Of a stretch of DNA of 64,000 bases, positions 1 to 13,330 are shown piece by piece; positions within the stretch are counted from its first letter, which is position 1, and each line of letters opens with the position of its first letter. A program made the position numbers and the translations under genes. The DNA is from Magallana gigas (Eukaryota). The notes below the pieces were generated by a model, which saw nothing but the letters and a program-made list of their open reading frames with translations, did no database searches and was not told the origin of the DNA. The stretch covers positions 3,100,001-3,164,000 of the forward strand of contig NC_088854.1 of assembly GCF_963853765.1 (NCBI RefSeq). Reading direction: 5' to 3'.

Positions 1-652
1 CAGAATGGTTTAAATTCAATGTAGAAAATATGCTGCAGATTCGATTCCATTTGGGATATGAACTACAAGACCGAAACAAGTTTCCCATTGTTCCTAATTC
101 ACCGAATAAAGATGATAATATACCAGGGCCACTGGTCAGATTCTCAATATTTGGTTGCATTAACTTCTGGTATATCTCAGTAATTAGAACGTGACTGGGT
201 ATACTGAGATACTGGACGGGGATGCCATGTCTTAATTAGAATGTTTTCACTGAAGTTATTAATAATGTGTTCATGTAACGATATCTTCAAGTAAAATTTA
301 ACGAAACAATCCTACAGAAATAACGCATATATATAACATAGACCAATATGGAACTTCTAAAATATAAAGCGGTTACGACCAAAACCACAAGGTTTGCCAT
401 TCACAGCACAGGGATGAGATTTGCAGCATAAAATTCTGATGGTTGGTGAGCGTGTGACCAAATTGCTTTCATTATTTAAGATATTGAGCTTAGAATGTTC
501 ATTTAATGCCATGTTGGTGACGGCAAGGCCCCATCATGGCGAAATGATAATCTTTAACCATAAAAAGTTTCTAACGTTTTGTGAATCATTTGACCTGTAT
601 CATCTTGAACAATATTGAATGCAATGCGTATAATGGTTAGCTCGGAGCTTAC

Positions 653-2444
653 CGAATGGCTCGTCGTTGGTTTTCATTGGTAAGTGTGTCTGTGCGTCTA
701 GTTTGTGGCAGACCTCAAAAGCCTGGCCTATGGTACGAACAATTCTTGTAGCCTGATTCTACAGAGAAATAAGCGTACAGTATTAATTCTATGTTATTCT
801 TAGGAGATGTTTCCTGCATAAACCAAGTCTTGAAGCATATTGAACATAAGATAAGTATATGTTAGTAAAACAAGTGTTACTATTGAGTATTGATTTAGTA
901 GCAATGTGAGCTATATTTGTTAAGAATCTTATGTTGCCTCAAAAACAAAACAAAAACAAAGACAACAACTGCAAAAACACAAACACAAACAACAAACAGA
1001 AGTGCATGCCAAGTTACTTAAACCTCTAAGACGAAGACTAAATAGTTTAATTGCATGTGTTTTATGAGAGAAAAAATTCTCTACTATAGAAAACAGTAAA
1101 ATTCGTTTAGTACGAACACTGATATAGCGAATTCTCGGTTATAGCGAAGTTTTTTTAAGGTCCCCGGTAAAATTCTTATCGAATCTTTAAAAAACTTTAC
1201 GGTTGTAACGAATTCGGATATAACGAATTAACGGATATAGCGAACTATTTTTGAGTCCCGTAGAGGTGAATCATAACGAAATTTAACACTTTTATAAGGA
1301 ATTTCTTTACAAATCAAAAAGTTCGCTCTGCCATTATACAAATTTGTTTAAAGGAATTTATTTCCATATAAATTTTTCAATTCACAATCCGATTATTAAA
1401 GGTATCAAAGTAATGTATTTTTATTTTAAGCCTCAATTACCCAAAATTATAGTCTGGTAAAAGAAAACATGTATAGAGTAAATTCGCTATAGTTATTATT
1501 ACGAATTCGTTATACGGATAAAACAAATTACGAATATAACGAAGTACATCCATTGGTCCCTAGGACTTCGCTATAACCGAGTTTTACTGTATGTTGCAAG
1601 CTACTAGTATTTTGTGTACAGGATGACATTAACGTAATATTGCTATAAAAATGGCCTACATATCTATTACTCACTGAAAACAACTGCATAACAGAAGTTT
1701 AATAAAGTTTAATAAAGCATAATTTTTTTTGTTTATTTTAAAAGAAGTAAATTACAATAAAAAAAAATAAAGAATTGGCTGCTTACATCACTTTATAATA
1801 AATGAGGTCTGTATAGTTGCAATAAAGGAAGAAATTTCCTGCGGTGTGTTTGAGATGGTGAGGATTAAACAGTCCATCTAAATAGGAGTGATTTGTACTG
1901 GACTTGAATATGCACCCAAATTTTCTTTAAAGAGAGACTTTAACTAGATTCTTTAAAGAGCTTGGTTTTATTGGGGGGGAGCATAGAAAGTAAGAAACAG
2001 GAATTACTGTGCTGTTTCTCATGCATTGTTGAGCCATTCTTTATAATTTCTTATCTTAGAATGAGAGTTTATAGTTTTTAGAACATTAGGAAGTCAGTTC
2101 AATGCGAAATATTACTGCCTTCTTGTGTCTTGGGAATTTCTATATCAAGTTATCTCAAACTTGTCAAATTTTATTAGGAATATTTCTTCATACTCAAACG
2201 GAATAACAAAGCATAATAAATAGAAGATAACATAAACGTCTCGTGCAATATGTTTTATGTCTGGCTAAACATTGCGAAAAGGGTGAGAATTGAATAACTA
2301 GGTCCCATATGTTTTATTTGAAGATGGATATTGATAGTGCAAGCTAAACCTTGTTACTCAAGGGGACGACGGAGCGCATTGTGTTGTATGTAAGGGGAAC
2401 GCCCCTAACAAAGCACAGAGCTAGACAGGGGCACATAGTCTACC

Positions 2445-2502
<58 letters not shown>

Positions 2503-5500
2503 AGTTCTCGGCATATTATAATTAAAAGATAAGTACAATATCAATACTACTACAGGTTCTCAACAGACCTATAACATAAAGGTAAAATCTTTAACATCCT
2601 TTAATTTATTTTTAATTATTTGTCGTCAAAAGTCTATATTTTTAATCTTCTTTTGGTATTCTCCTTAATCGTTTGATGTTTAATTATGTATCTCCAATCG
2701 TAGGCATCCCCAACAAAACCAATGATTTTGTCATTAAAGTTTGTTTCCTTGAGTTTGTCATTAGTTCATCAGAGAATTTTGAGTCGATTTTTTCCTTTAA
2801 GAAGCTGCCATCTTACCTTTTTGATGGCCTTGAACACGGAGCACTTGAAACAATTGGTTGGACCGTCCCTGGCGATGTAGCTCCATATCTTCAGGTCCTG
2901 GGAGTCGTGAGACACATAGAATATCCTACAATATACACGAATCTCAGGTACATGGTGTCTATGTTGTGGGGTTTTTTTTCCATCAAAAATACACCAAAAA
3001 TTTACTGTCCTTTGCAAAACGTTTTCGTAAAATTCGGATTCGTAAATTCTTCTTTATAAGAAATTAAAATTTCGTTAGGGACAAAATTTCTTATTAGAGA
3101 AAGCTTGAAATTTTATTTGTTTTACTAGTATTTAGTTTTAAAATGGTCTATATTATCTTTCGTCATGAATATTATATATTTGACAAGAAACAATGAACGT
3201 TTACCGAAATATGGGATGCTGAGCTATGAGTTCTCTGTTCTCCTCGGACGAAGCAGACGACACAGACCTCTGGTAAGAAGACAGAAATTGGCGCCATTAA
3301 AATGTTTTTTATTCTGATGGTAATGCATATTAAGTATCTGATTCTCGGTTCTAGCGACCTTAGGCTAATTTTCTTAAAAGGTTGGAGTCCTTTTGCATTC
3401 AATGTAGAAATCAATCTACATTCATAAAATACATAGCTGCAGGTCGTCCATCCAAATTTATTTGCAGACCGGGAGCTACAGACCTGCAGCTATAAAATAC
3501 ATAATGGTTCTTGGTAAAAGCGTTTGGAATGGAAAGAGATCACCAATATTTACGACAATTTAGTAATTAGTAAAATTGTTTACCAAAAATATCTATTTAT
3601 ACATAAACGTCGGGTAAAATAGTTCAAAACAGCAAAAAATTTGGATTAAATGTGGCAAAATATAATTTTACCTACCGATTGGAATGTAAAATAAAGAAAG
3701 AAAACATTTACCAGGTATTCTTCTAAACTTCCACTTCACAATAAATGTTTTAGTAAAGCTTTCTGACCTAGAGATTATTTTTCCCATCTTTGGAACTAAA
3801 CTCTATTTATTTTTAAAACTCTATCATTCATCTGTTAAAGTCTATAACATCAGACGCTTCAAACATTTACAAATAAGATATTGCTCATAGCCATACAACA
3901 TACAAATCGCACTCTCCATCTATCTACCTTACATGCACATAAAAATTCTTATTATCAAAAAATAAAAAATGAAAAAAAAGTTGAGAACAAAATATAAGCG
4001 TGAATTTCATTCAATAGTTCTGTATACTTGTAAACATGATTATTCTGGGGAAAAAAAACACCCCAAAATAACTCCCAACCAAAAAAAAACCCCAAACAAA
4101 TATTAAAATACGGCTTTCAACTGCTAGCTGGCATTCCTTATAACCGTGTTTGTAAATAAAGTAATAATGAATTAATGTGTTACAACAGACATCCGCTTTA
4201 TCCATGTTCACCGCGTAGTAAATTTACTTTCAGCATTCACCACATTCCATTTACAATATTAAGTTATTTCTGCTTTTTCTAAAGAGTATCTACAGTACAA
4301 CTTAAAACTTAAATCTCTTCAAAGTATTTAAAATCGATTCGATACAAATTCATATAAACAAATAAGCATAAGAACCATTTTAACAACATCTTGGACTTTC
4401 GGTAGGACGTAAAGTTCTATCTATTTCTTGCATCAAAACAAATTTTTAAAAAAGTTAAGGCATGGTTTCGAGTGAAATATACATATACTGAGTAGTAATA
4501 GCTCAAAAGTCAAACAAATCTTGTTAATTTCAAAGAGCCGTGACTAAGTGACCAACAGCGAAATACACAGGCCTACGTCATATTGATGTCGAACAAATTA
4601 CCCAAACTCTTGTTAAAATAGTTCCAACACCTATGGAATTATTTTATATTTTCCATTATTCGTACATTTAATCTGCATTATTCCCCGACTTTTAATATAA
4701 TTTTTTCGCGAAATGTTTACAACTTTATGAAACCACATGAAAATAGGCTTATAATATACCGTACCCCGGGGAAAGAGAAGGTAATAGAAAATAACAAAAA
4801 TAGTATTCATGTCACAGAATGTGTTCGCCTCGTGTAATGATCGAATAATAGAACGGCTCCCATTGGAGCTGGACTACAAGGAAAGGCTGGTGATACAAGG
4901 GTCGGTCTAATAACCCAAAAGAGAAGAAACGACGGAATAGTTGGATATGACAGACATACAATGAATCAATAGACCAGCGAAGGAGCTCTTTGTCAGCAGA
5001 TTTAGGGTGCTGTATTATCATTTCGTCAATGCATCAATACGTCCGGACACATGGGGTGAGATGAATTAAAGTAAACTCACGCCTCTATGTGACGGAGATT
5101 GCGAGAGAGACGCACTCTCCGCCATTAACTTATATTTCTGATGCAGTAAAAGTTCTAGTAATTGCATTTCCTGTTCATATGTGTTCCTGGCGATGATGAA
5201 CGAACGGAAAAACAAAGGCATTCCACACCTACAGTCGTATTTTATTCCTGAAAGGAACAATTTCTCTATCTTAATAAAATTATATACACCCTATAAAACA
5301 AACTGTTTTCCGTTTGTTTGTGTATAAACAAATTTCACGATACTGTAACTATGCCAGTTTTTTTGTTTTTATGTATATTGTTAGCTTTTTTACATTCTTT
5401 TTTTCTTTATACAATTTTTTTTATTATATTTAAAGTTATTCAAAAGTTTTGCTAATATACGGGTGAGAAAAATATAAAGAGGAAGGGCAAATATTGCGCA

Positions 5501-8500
5501 TGCCCAATCTCAAGCTTGACGAAAATCCACGTGGAACACTGACAGAGACATTTCGAACAACGGACGAAAAATAACCATCTCCCGGAAAACTGGTCCAATA
5601 ATACCTACTTCCTTTTGGGAATGGTACAGAATAACGAAGAAACCCTCCTTTTAAAAAATAGCCAAGGCTATTGATTTCTAATCACTCGCTTCTTATTTAC
5701 AGGAAATAAAAGGCTTTTTAAAGACGCTACGTTTGGTCGATGGATGGGTAGCGGAAGCCGGGGGTCGTTAGAGGGATTCTAATTTAATCCCCGGGCTCCG
5801 AGTGTCGACGCTGGTATTAATTGACCAGCAGCCCCCCCGTTCGGTAATCCTCAGACCTCTCAAATCCTGAGGAGCGCTAATGACGAATGCATAGCTTGAT
5901 GGAGAATGGCCAAATTACGACAAAACGACATCCTCGGATATACGTCTTAGATTGGATATACAGCAACTAGTATAGACGAAAGCAGCTCTGTAATTGAAGA
6001 AATTACATTTTGAAGAGCTCTATGGATCACCAAGTTTGTAGCTTGGAATCGAGATGCCAACATGAATGCTCCTAATCACGATGCTCTAAACCGCCCTTAA
6101 AGACACGAAACATTTAATTTCTGCCTTAAAAGCCCCGCTCGGAAATTGTAAACTCGTGATCAGAATATATCAAAAGCTTTGCATGGTATCTTCTATTAGA
6201 CAGAAAAATAGAGTGCAGTTTGTGATATCATAAACACGAAACATCCAGGCCATTTCTAGGGAGAGGGATACCGGGTATTTGCCAAATACTACAATCAAGG
6301 CATCACATAAAAGTTAGGATGCTAATATCTAAACCGAGAAAAACTGAAGACTGTCTACATAAGTCATAGAAAACCAATAATAAAAGCCATGAGGTCTTAT
6401 TTCTTCAATACTGATCTAGTGAGTCAGTCTGATCTGAAAGATGGGTGGACAGGGCGTGTAAAATGCCTATAAAAGGATAAAATACTGGAAAAATTGAAAA
6501 TATCAATAAATCTGATTTTTTTAAAAAATCATCCAGAACAATGTATATTTTATATAACATCCATCTGTAAACCTTGAATATGTTCAATACTTGAAATATA
6601 TTGATTTTTAAAAGTTTAATGCATTTTCTTTTATATAAAGTGGGTATGTGCTCCATATTTTTGTCATAGTCTAAATAAGGGCTAATCAACAAAAACGGGT
6701 ATACCATATGCTGTATCGACTAAACTAGTGTTACAGGGTATACATTATATAAATAGTGCCTGTTTGGGAGGGTAACAGTTGAAATTGACACTCCGAGGAA
6801 ACCATTGTCAACCGACGCGAAGCGGAGGTTGACAATGGTTTTTTCGAGGGGTGTCAATTTCAACTGTTATCCTCCCAAACAGGCACTATTTATTTTATTA
6901 TATTGAATGTCTTATTTTTAGAGAAATGTTTACTGCTTTTGTATAGAAATTACGTGAATTCTACGGCGAATTGTACGCGCATAATTTACGCGCATGTAAC
7001 AATTCGTTGTGTTACCCGCTGCTAAGTGTGTTGCTAACGCTGAGGGTAATAGAACATAAAAGTATAACTAGAGGAACGGGGTATAGTGTATGTTGTATCG
7101 ACTGTAAACTAGAGTGACAGGGAACATTGTATTTCGTATTGACCGTAAACTAGAGTTATAATGTATATTGTATGCCATATAGACTGTAAACTAGAGCTAC
7201 ATGGAGCAGATTTCGCTATGATTAAAGGTATAAGCCACGGGATCGGGAAGGGAGCAGTGTCCACCTGGGATTGTTACACCACCTCGCGAGACAATGACCA
7301 TCGCCAAAATGTTGTTTCTTATAGGGTGAAAGAGGGCTCTTTGATATTTCAAAGTACTCATATTCAAAATGTGCACCGTTTTAAAAAGAATCATTGTGTG
7401 CAGGTTGCATTTTTTATGAAAGTTAAAAATATAAAATCATATGTCGGTTTTGAGCACAAATGCTGACGGTTTCATCCTTGCGTTAAGCTGTTATATAAGG
7501 ATGTACAGAAAAAGAATAAAAAAATATCGATTATTTAAACTTATTGCTTATATGGAAAGATGAAACATCACAAAAATGGAGGCGATATAGTAAGCGCGAA
7601 AAGAGTGGGATGGATTGACAGTATCTTACCCTGTGTTTCCTGGACTGCGTGAGTTTAACCCCGTCCACTGACACACTGAGACACACCTTTCTCTTCTTAA
7701 CGCCTTTTAACTTGAAGTCGTACTTAAAAACAAACATTGACGAAATTATTGAAAGAATTTCATATCTCTGAAAAATGCAAACAGAGAGCTAATACAGAAA
7801 AGCAAATAAATCATAACATAGCAAACACTGCTTTTGGATCAATTCAAGGCGTGTCAGTATCAATAATGATATGATACTCACTCTTATTTTCCTCATGGCG
7901 GCCACAATCTCCACCCGACTGCTCGGCCGGGGCACGTCCATGGTGCCGATGTACTGGAAAAGGTCAAGGATGTGTGTAATAAAAGGAAAGCTGTTATACT
8001 ACCGCCATGTAACCTTCGTTCAAGGTCATGCAATTATCCTTGCAACATATGAAGTAAGCCACTAAACACAAAACTGTCCTTCTTTTGCAAAGACGTGAAC
8101 AAAACACATCATTAGAACAATTTCAACCTTCGCCTTTACTAAGCAATTTTGATTCAAGACAATATATAAAACTATTTCTCCTAAATAAACAAATGACATT
8201 GGTTGATTGGTTTATCTACCGGTATATATTCTAATTATTCTTTTTTGTTTCTCAGGGGCAGGCCTTCTAGACGTTTCACGCCAATATCATGATTTTTCGT
8301 CGGAATCTAAAAACTGCTGCTTAGCGCTACGCATCTTTTATTTAAGTTCCTGGATCCCTGGAAGTAACTGATTTTCTCAGTTTACAAAAAAATAATTTGA
8401 AGATTATTTACAATATCATGATCTTGCTTCAGTAGGATTCTTATATGCGTTTGACTTTACGTTACCAGACAATCCATACACGAATTGTGGGGAGACGTTA

Positions 8501-11128
8501 TAATCGTCTATTACTGAGTGATTTAGTACCAGCTGATCAATATTTTCACTCGACTTGAGAAAATTAATTCAGGACTAAAAGCAATCGTCTAGACATAAGG
8601 ATAAAAGTATTCAAATCACTTACGAAGTTGTGATTTGAATATGTATGGATTTTTATACGTATATATGTATTTTATATACGGAAAACGTTTTCAAATGCTG
8701 ATTTATTTACAATAACATTTTTGAGGGGAAGTGAAATATCAATGTATATTATAAAAATACAAAAATACAAAAGAATCTCTAATTTACAGAAACTTATACA
8801 CCCCTTTCCTTATAAATACCCCCCCCCCCCCAAAAAAAAAAAAAATGTCTATAGATCATATCTATAGGGCCACATTGCTCACCTCAGCAACGGTGTTAGA
8901 GTCAAAATGATATCATGCATTTAAAAAAAAACAATTCATCATACCAATCGAAATTCTAAATAACCATATTAGTAATACCTGTATCTGACTATCATCATAC
9001 ATGTATTATATGAATCACTTTTTCCATATGATATTTTTCTCAAGAATTTTTATGAGAAAAAGTGGGTTTCCAATTTGAAAAATGACAGTTACAAGTTCAC
9101 GTTATACAAGAAATGTAAACACTTTGTCTTGTAACCTACCAGTTCAAATACACGTAAAATTGTGGTTTGCTGAACCCCTCTTATTTTGCAGTTATTTTGC
9201 AGTTTACCGTGCGTTTCTTTTTTTTTAATTATCTCGGTTTGCATTGAATGCAAAAAAAAAATCAGCAATAAGAAAAAACTACATACGTACAGGATATTGT
9301 AGGTGTTTACTTTGACCTGAATAAAAGGGAATAAAAACAAAAATTCTATACATTTCGCCTACTGAATTAAGAAAGTTCTCGGTGGAGTAAAGAGAATGCT
9401 ATTTTTCACGACGAGTTGATGTGTAATTGACGCATGACATTTCACCGGCAGAGTCGAAACAAATTAAATCAGAAACGGAAGACAAATTGGACTTCTGGCC
9501 TCAGAGTGGCACGTGATCGATGCTTTCTCCTCTTTTTTTCGGTAGATTTTAAGACAAGATTATTTGACCGTGTTCATCGCACAATCCTTTTCGCGCTCCT
9601 TTTCCCGTATTTGTAAGCCCACGAATTTCATAGTTGAGCAGACGACCAGGTAACTCACCGGAACTTCCTCCGCGATAAGGGAACTACATTTGAATAATGC
9701 GTATAATTACCATGATTACTATGGAGAGTTTTGACATTATCGGGGTTTTCTTTATTTGGGCGATTAATGATTAATGTGCAAGCAAGACTATTTCCATGCA
9801 GGAAACTGTTCATACACACCATTGATACGCCGGCTAATGACCGTTAATTAACCAAAAAAATATGCATATCAATGAATTGAATGCACATAAAATATATAAA
9901 ACAAACATATTGCTTTTTTTTATGGATGAATACACCTTAAAGAATGATATCTATTTTTTTTTATTTAAAACGATGCTACATTGCAAAGTCTTATTTGGTC
10001 AGATGGTTTCCGCTCAAAGTATAGAGGTCGGGGTTCGATACCCAATACTTCATCACGCCGGACATGTGACTTTTCAGCGCGAGAGAAGATTTCCACAGAG
10101 ACGTAAAGCGGATCATCTCAATATATCAATTCAAACTGAGAGAAAAACGACGTCCATTTCTCAGATGTTGCTGTTTATAATAGAGTGATTACAAAATGTA
10201 CTGTTGGATCGTTACGGCAGGAGAGCCCGGTCCCGCGGTGGGATAAGTGATACAAATGTGTGGGATCAAGGAGGGTATTATTTGTGGTATTTCTCCTAGA
10301 AACATGATGACAGTGAGATTGACGAGACCGGAGAATCCTGTCGACCACAACACAAGTCAGGAATACCCCAGAGGACTTAGCAAGATAAAACATAACACAC
10401 ACAAATCCTGCTGCAGTTCATGAATTATTTCAGATCGCAGCCACCGGTTCTAAATGACCAGTATACTTATAAGAGAGAGCAACTGACGCTTGCAGCTTCA
10501 CAAATTACTCAACATTTTATTGCTAAACGGGGAAACCGGATTCTTTAACAGTTTGTTCTTTATAGTGTTAGTACTTTCAAGATTCGATAAAGCAGTTATT
10601 ATTAAATAAATCCACTAGAACTTTTATTAGGGACTAGTGAAAACCCTTAAAGAGGTCTTATAACGTCTTAATTTGCGTCTAAACAACACAAACATGTTCT
10701 CAAAGCGTGGGTGCAATCCGTATTTGTATTAAGAAATGAAGCCTCAATTTTCCGGGTATTTTTTTCAATTTCAAAATTTTGCTGATTCACACACTTCTCT
10801 AATGGGGAGAGAAATTCACCTTTGTCTCTATGAATGAGAAAAAATTATTTTTTTCTATATCAGGAAGTGAAATTTACCTTTGCCTTTACGCGGGAGAAAA
10901 AGTTACCATTGTCTTCATTATGGAGGGAGATTCACCTTTGTCTCTGAAGGAGAGAAACTAACATTTGTCTACATGACGGAGTAAGATTAACTTCTAACTC
11001 TATGAGGGAGAGAGATTTACCTTGGTTTGGAAGTGTATGCCGTGCTTGAAGGCCTCGTCATTGTGGAGGGGGATCCTGACGTCACATCCGTCCTCTGAGA
11101 CCAGGTCGTACTGGTTCTTGGACATCAT
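653..11128 (-). CDS. NOS1AP: NOS1AP/CAPON-like PTB (PID) domain adaptor protein, 3'-partial; exons 11128-11021, 7953-7882, 7722-7630, 3269-3205, 2925-2817, 758-653
   Basis: Six GT-AG exons join in frame to give [169 protein letters not shown]. This matches the NOS1AP/CAPON PTB domain motif by motif ([52 protein letters not shown]). The last exon found ends at a phase-1 donor, so the C-terminus probably lies left of the window. Confidence 0.93.
1094..1589. mobile_element. Non-autonomous TIR element (MITE), Tc1/mariner (pogo/Tigger)-like ends
   Basis: It starts CAGTAAAATTCG and ends CGAGTTTTACTG, followed by TA. It carries many internal copies of an ATAGCGAA/ATAACGAA motif and has no ORF. The left flank is AA rather than TA, so the target-site duplication is imperfect. 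Confidence 0.75.
2447..2500. repeat. (AG)n microsatellite, about 27 units
   Basis: Pure dinucleotide run read directly from the sequence. Confidence 0.98.
4371..4625. mobile_element. About 250-bp TIR element (MITE), copy 1
   Basis: The ends AGAACCATTTTAACAA...TCTTGTTAAAATAGTTCC are inverted repeats. The whole body aligns by eye to the reverse complement of 18997-19248 (e.g. CTTGGACTTTC.GTAGGA.GTAA, TTTCAAAGAGCC.TG.CT.AGTG). Confidence 0.75.
6746..7070. mobile_element. Fold-back dispersed element, copy 1: 141-bp terminal palindrome (6751-6891) with a GCGAAGC loop; possibly a non-autonomous Crypton-like element
   Basis: The arms AAATAGTGCCTGTTTGGGAGGGTAACAGTTGAAATTGACA... and ...TGTCAATTTCAACTGTTATCCTCCCAAACAGGCACTATTT are near-perfect inverted repeats. 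A near-identical copy lies at 60749-61080. The superfamily assignment is inference only. Confidence 0.8.
10798..11027 (-). repeat. Degenerate minisatellite of about 29 bp (about 8 units) starting at the NOS1AP exon 1 splice donor
   Basis: Minus-strand units include ACCAAG|GTAAATCTCTCTCCCTCATAGAG (real donor), ACAAAG GTGAATCTCCCTCCATAATGAAG, GCAAAG GTAAATTTCACTTCCTGATATAG and ACAAAG GTGAATTTCTCTCCCCATTAGAG. Confidence 0.7.
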
Positions 11129-13056
11129 TGTATAGACGGTCACTACATTCCACAGGACGTCAACCCAACAACGTACCAACCGTCTACATCCTACCAAGCC
11201 ATGTTCTTTTGTTGCCTCTCAAAATCAACACCCCGTGGGAAAACCTGTCGAAAAATACAGTATTTTAAGAAACGGTCAGAGCTTTGTCCAGGTAGTGCAA
11301 CCCAAAACCTGGTTCAACGTCAGAATAGTTCGATTACCCCAAAGAGATACTAATACAAGTCGTAAAGGAGAGACTGCTGGTCGAGTGGGTAATTGTATTA
11401 CATGTCTGCCCTGTCGATAATACGCCGTACATGCATATATAAGTACTCGTATATCTTCTCTAATTCGTGTTTGTGCCATGGATAATATCTTGATTTTATG
11501 GAGGGAGATACACACACTTCATTTCTCAAAAATAATATTCTATTTTTATTTATATCATATAGATTAATGGATTATTTCCTGTACATGCAATTAACAATCA
11601 ATTTTTTTTAACTAACAAACTTCCATTGTATCCATCAATCTTATACTTCTAATTTTGGTATCATTTTGTTGTGTGTGTGGTGTAATCCTTGTGTCTTTGG
11701 CGGGGAGTTGGCGGGGAGACTCCATCAACAGGTGCTACAGAACGCTATCTGGCGGCGCAGCAAACAGCACGTGAATTACAGGAAGGAGCATTTGTTTACG
11801 TGTATATCTCATCTCGTCTGCTTCACTCCATGTCGAGTGTGACCCAGATGCACTGTGATATCTTGTTTTATGAAGACATGTTGCAGAATATTTTTACAAA
11901 CAAATAAACTGTACTTACTGTATACCGAGGAAAGTTATATCGTTTCCGATGGGTTAACGGAGCAGTACGGGAAATGTACATGTACCAATATATTGTACTT
12001 AAGTGAATATATCCCGCAGAAATATGAAAACCATCTCTGTATAGGCCGAGTTATTAAACCATCAAACGTTTATTGGTACAGGAAATCATAAATATATTGC
12101 GGAGGAAATAATTAAATAATTGTTTATTTGTAAAAGACAATAAGAATGTCCGATATTAGGCCGAGTCAACAGAGGTGGAATAAGTGGGGGAGGGGCACAT
12201 TAACGTAAATTCAAACCCGGTCATTTCTTTTGATGTTCTGATAAAACAAAGATGATAAACCATTCCGAGGATTCACTACATTGAGATATGCAAAATCAAA
12301 CACATATGCAAATGTATTTACTAACAGCTAGTTGCAATTATGTGTGAAGAATTGAAGGGGTACTATATGTAGTTATATAGTGAACTTTTAAAACCAGTTA
12401 GACATGCCTTTATCATCTTGAAATTTCTAATTAATATATGTAAAGGTATATGTTAATGATGCAAAAAAAAAGATAAAAAAAAAAAAAAAAGAATCGGATC
12501 ATTTCAGCACGAAACTATAACCTGTCTTTACCAAAAAATATATATAAATTCTTAATTTTACTCACATCAACCAACGGATATACTCAAGAATCAAATCACT
12601 AGTGCACATCTCTTGTCAAACGATTTCTTAAGTGCAGTACAGATTCAAATTTCAGAATGGCAGAGCTCTTTGAGGAAATCCGGCTGTTATCCTTAAACTC
12701 TCTCAAGACTGACAGGGATAATCTTGTTGCATTTCCTTGAAAAAATCCGGCATATTAGATTTTAACTTATTTCAAGCCTCTGCCATGAACGAAAATAGGC
12801 TGCCGAAGATAAGAGAAATGAACTTGATTTCCATCCTTTTATCACCTAAAGCTATCTCTGCTTTACGGCGCCCATGGAGTTGCTTTGGTTTCTTTCACCA
12901 TAATTTTTAAAAGTGCGGAATTAAAAACTCGACCAAATTAATGTGTATACATTAAATTAACCAAAATCAATTTCTGTTTATTTTAAAAATAGAAATCTAC
13001 AGTGTAAATGAATCGTCGTACATCTAATTAAAGAACTAATCAATTAATCGGATTAC

Positions 13057-13330
13057 CAAGCTCCCCAATAACAGGTGTTTCCCAGGTCACAAATCACGGA
13101 ACACGGCAACAAAGTGGTAATAGCGGTAAACAGGAGTCCATCAAGTGGCACCAACAAGGAGGAAACCGACACACATGGCGGCCTACAAGTGTTTGTGATA
13201 TCAGAGTACACACACTTACCTCCATACAAAAAATGCACGAGCGAAAAGTAGCGCGTCCGTAGAAAGAATCCGATACCAGCCGAGCGGCAATGTAACTGAA
13301 ATTCCCCCAGTGTACGCTACGAATTAATAC
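13057..13330 (-). other. Candidate non-coding first exon and promoter region of the NOS1AP-like gene
   Basis: This is a locally GC/CpG-richer segment ending in the donor-like TTG|GTAATC at 13057. The first coding exon has an upstream acceptor (TTTTTCGACAG, about 11245), which implies a 5' UTR exon further upstream. The 5' boundary is a guess. Confidence 0.3.

Noticed and set aside
236-249. Possible mini terminal exon of NOS1AP (V-K-T-F-stop)
   Set aside because: It is phase-compatible but only 14 nt, and NOS1AP proteins normally have a long C-terminal region, so it cannot be supported.
4812-5021. [13 protein letters not shown]... as the missing PTB exon
   Set aside because: The QHP resemblance is coincidental. 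The exon at 3269-3205 ([10 protein letters not shown]) has proper splice sites and phases and matches the family.
8860-9100. Fragments resembling oyster Helentron/HINE ends (GGGCCACATTGCTCACCT; also ACGGACGGAC at about 18460 and ACGGACGAAA at about 5560)
   Set aside because: Recognition rests on memory of short motifs, with no second copy or defined boundaries in this window.
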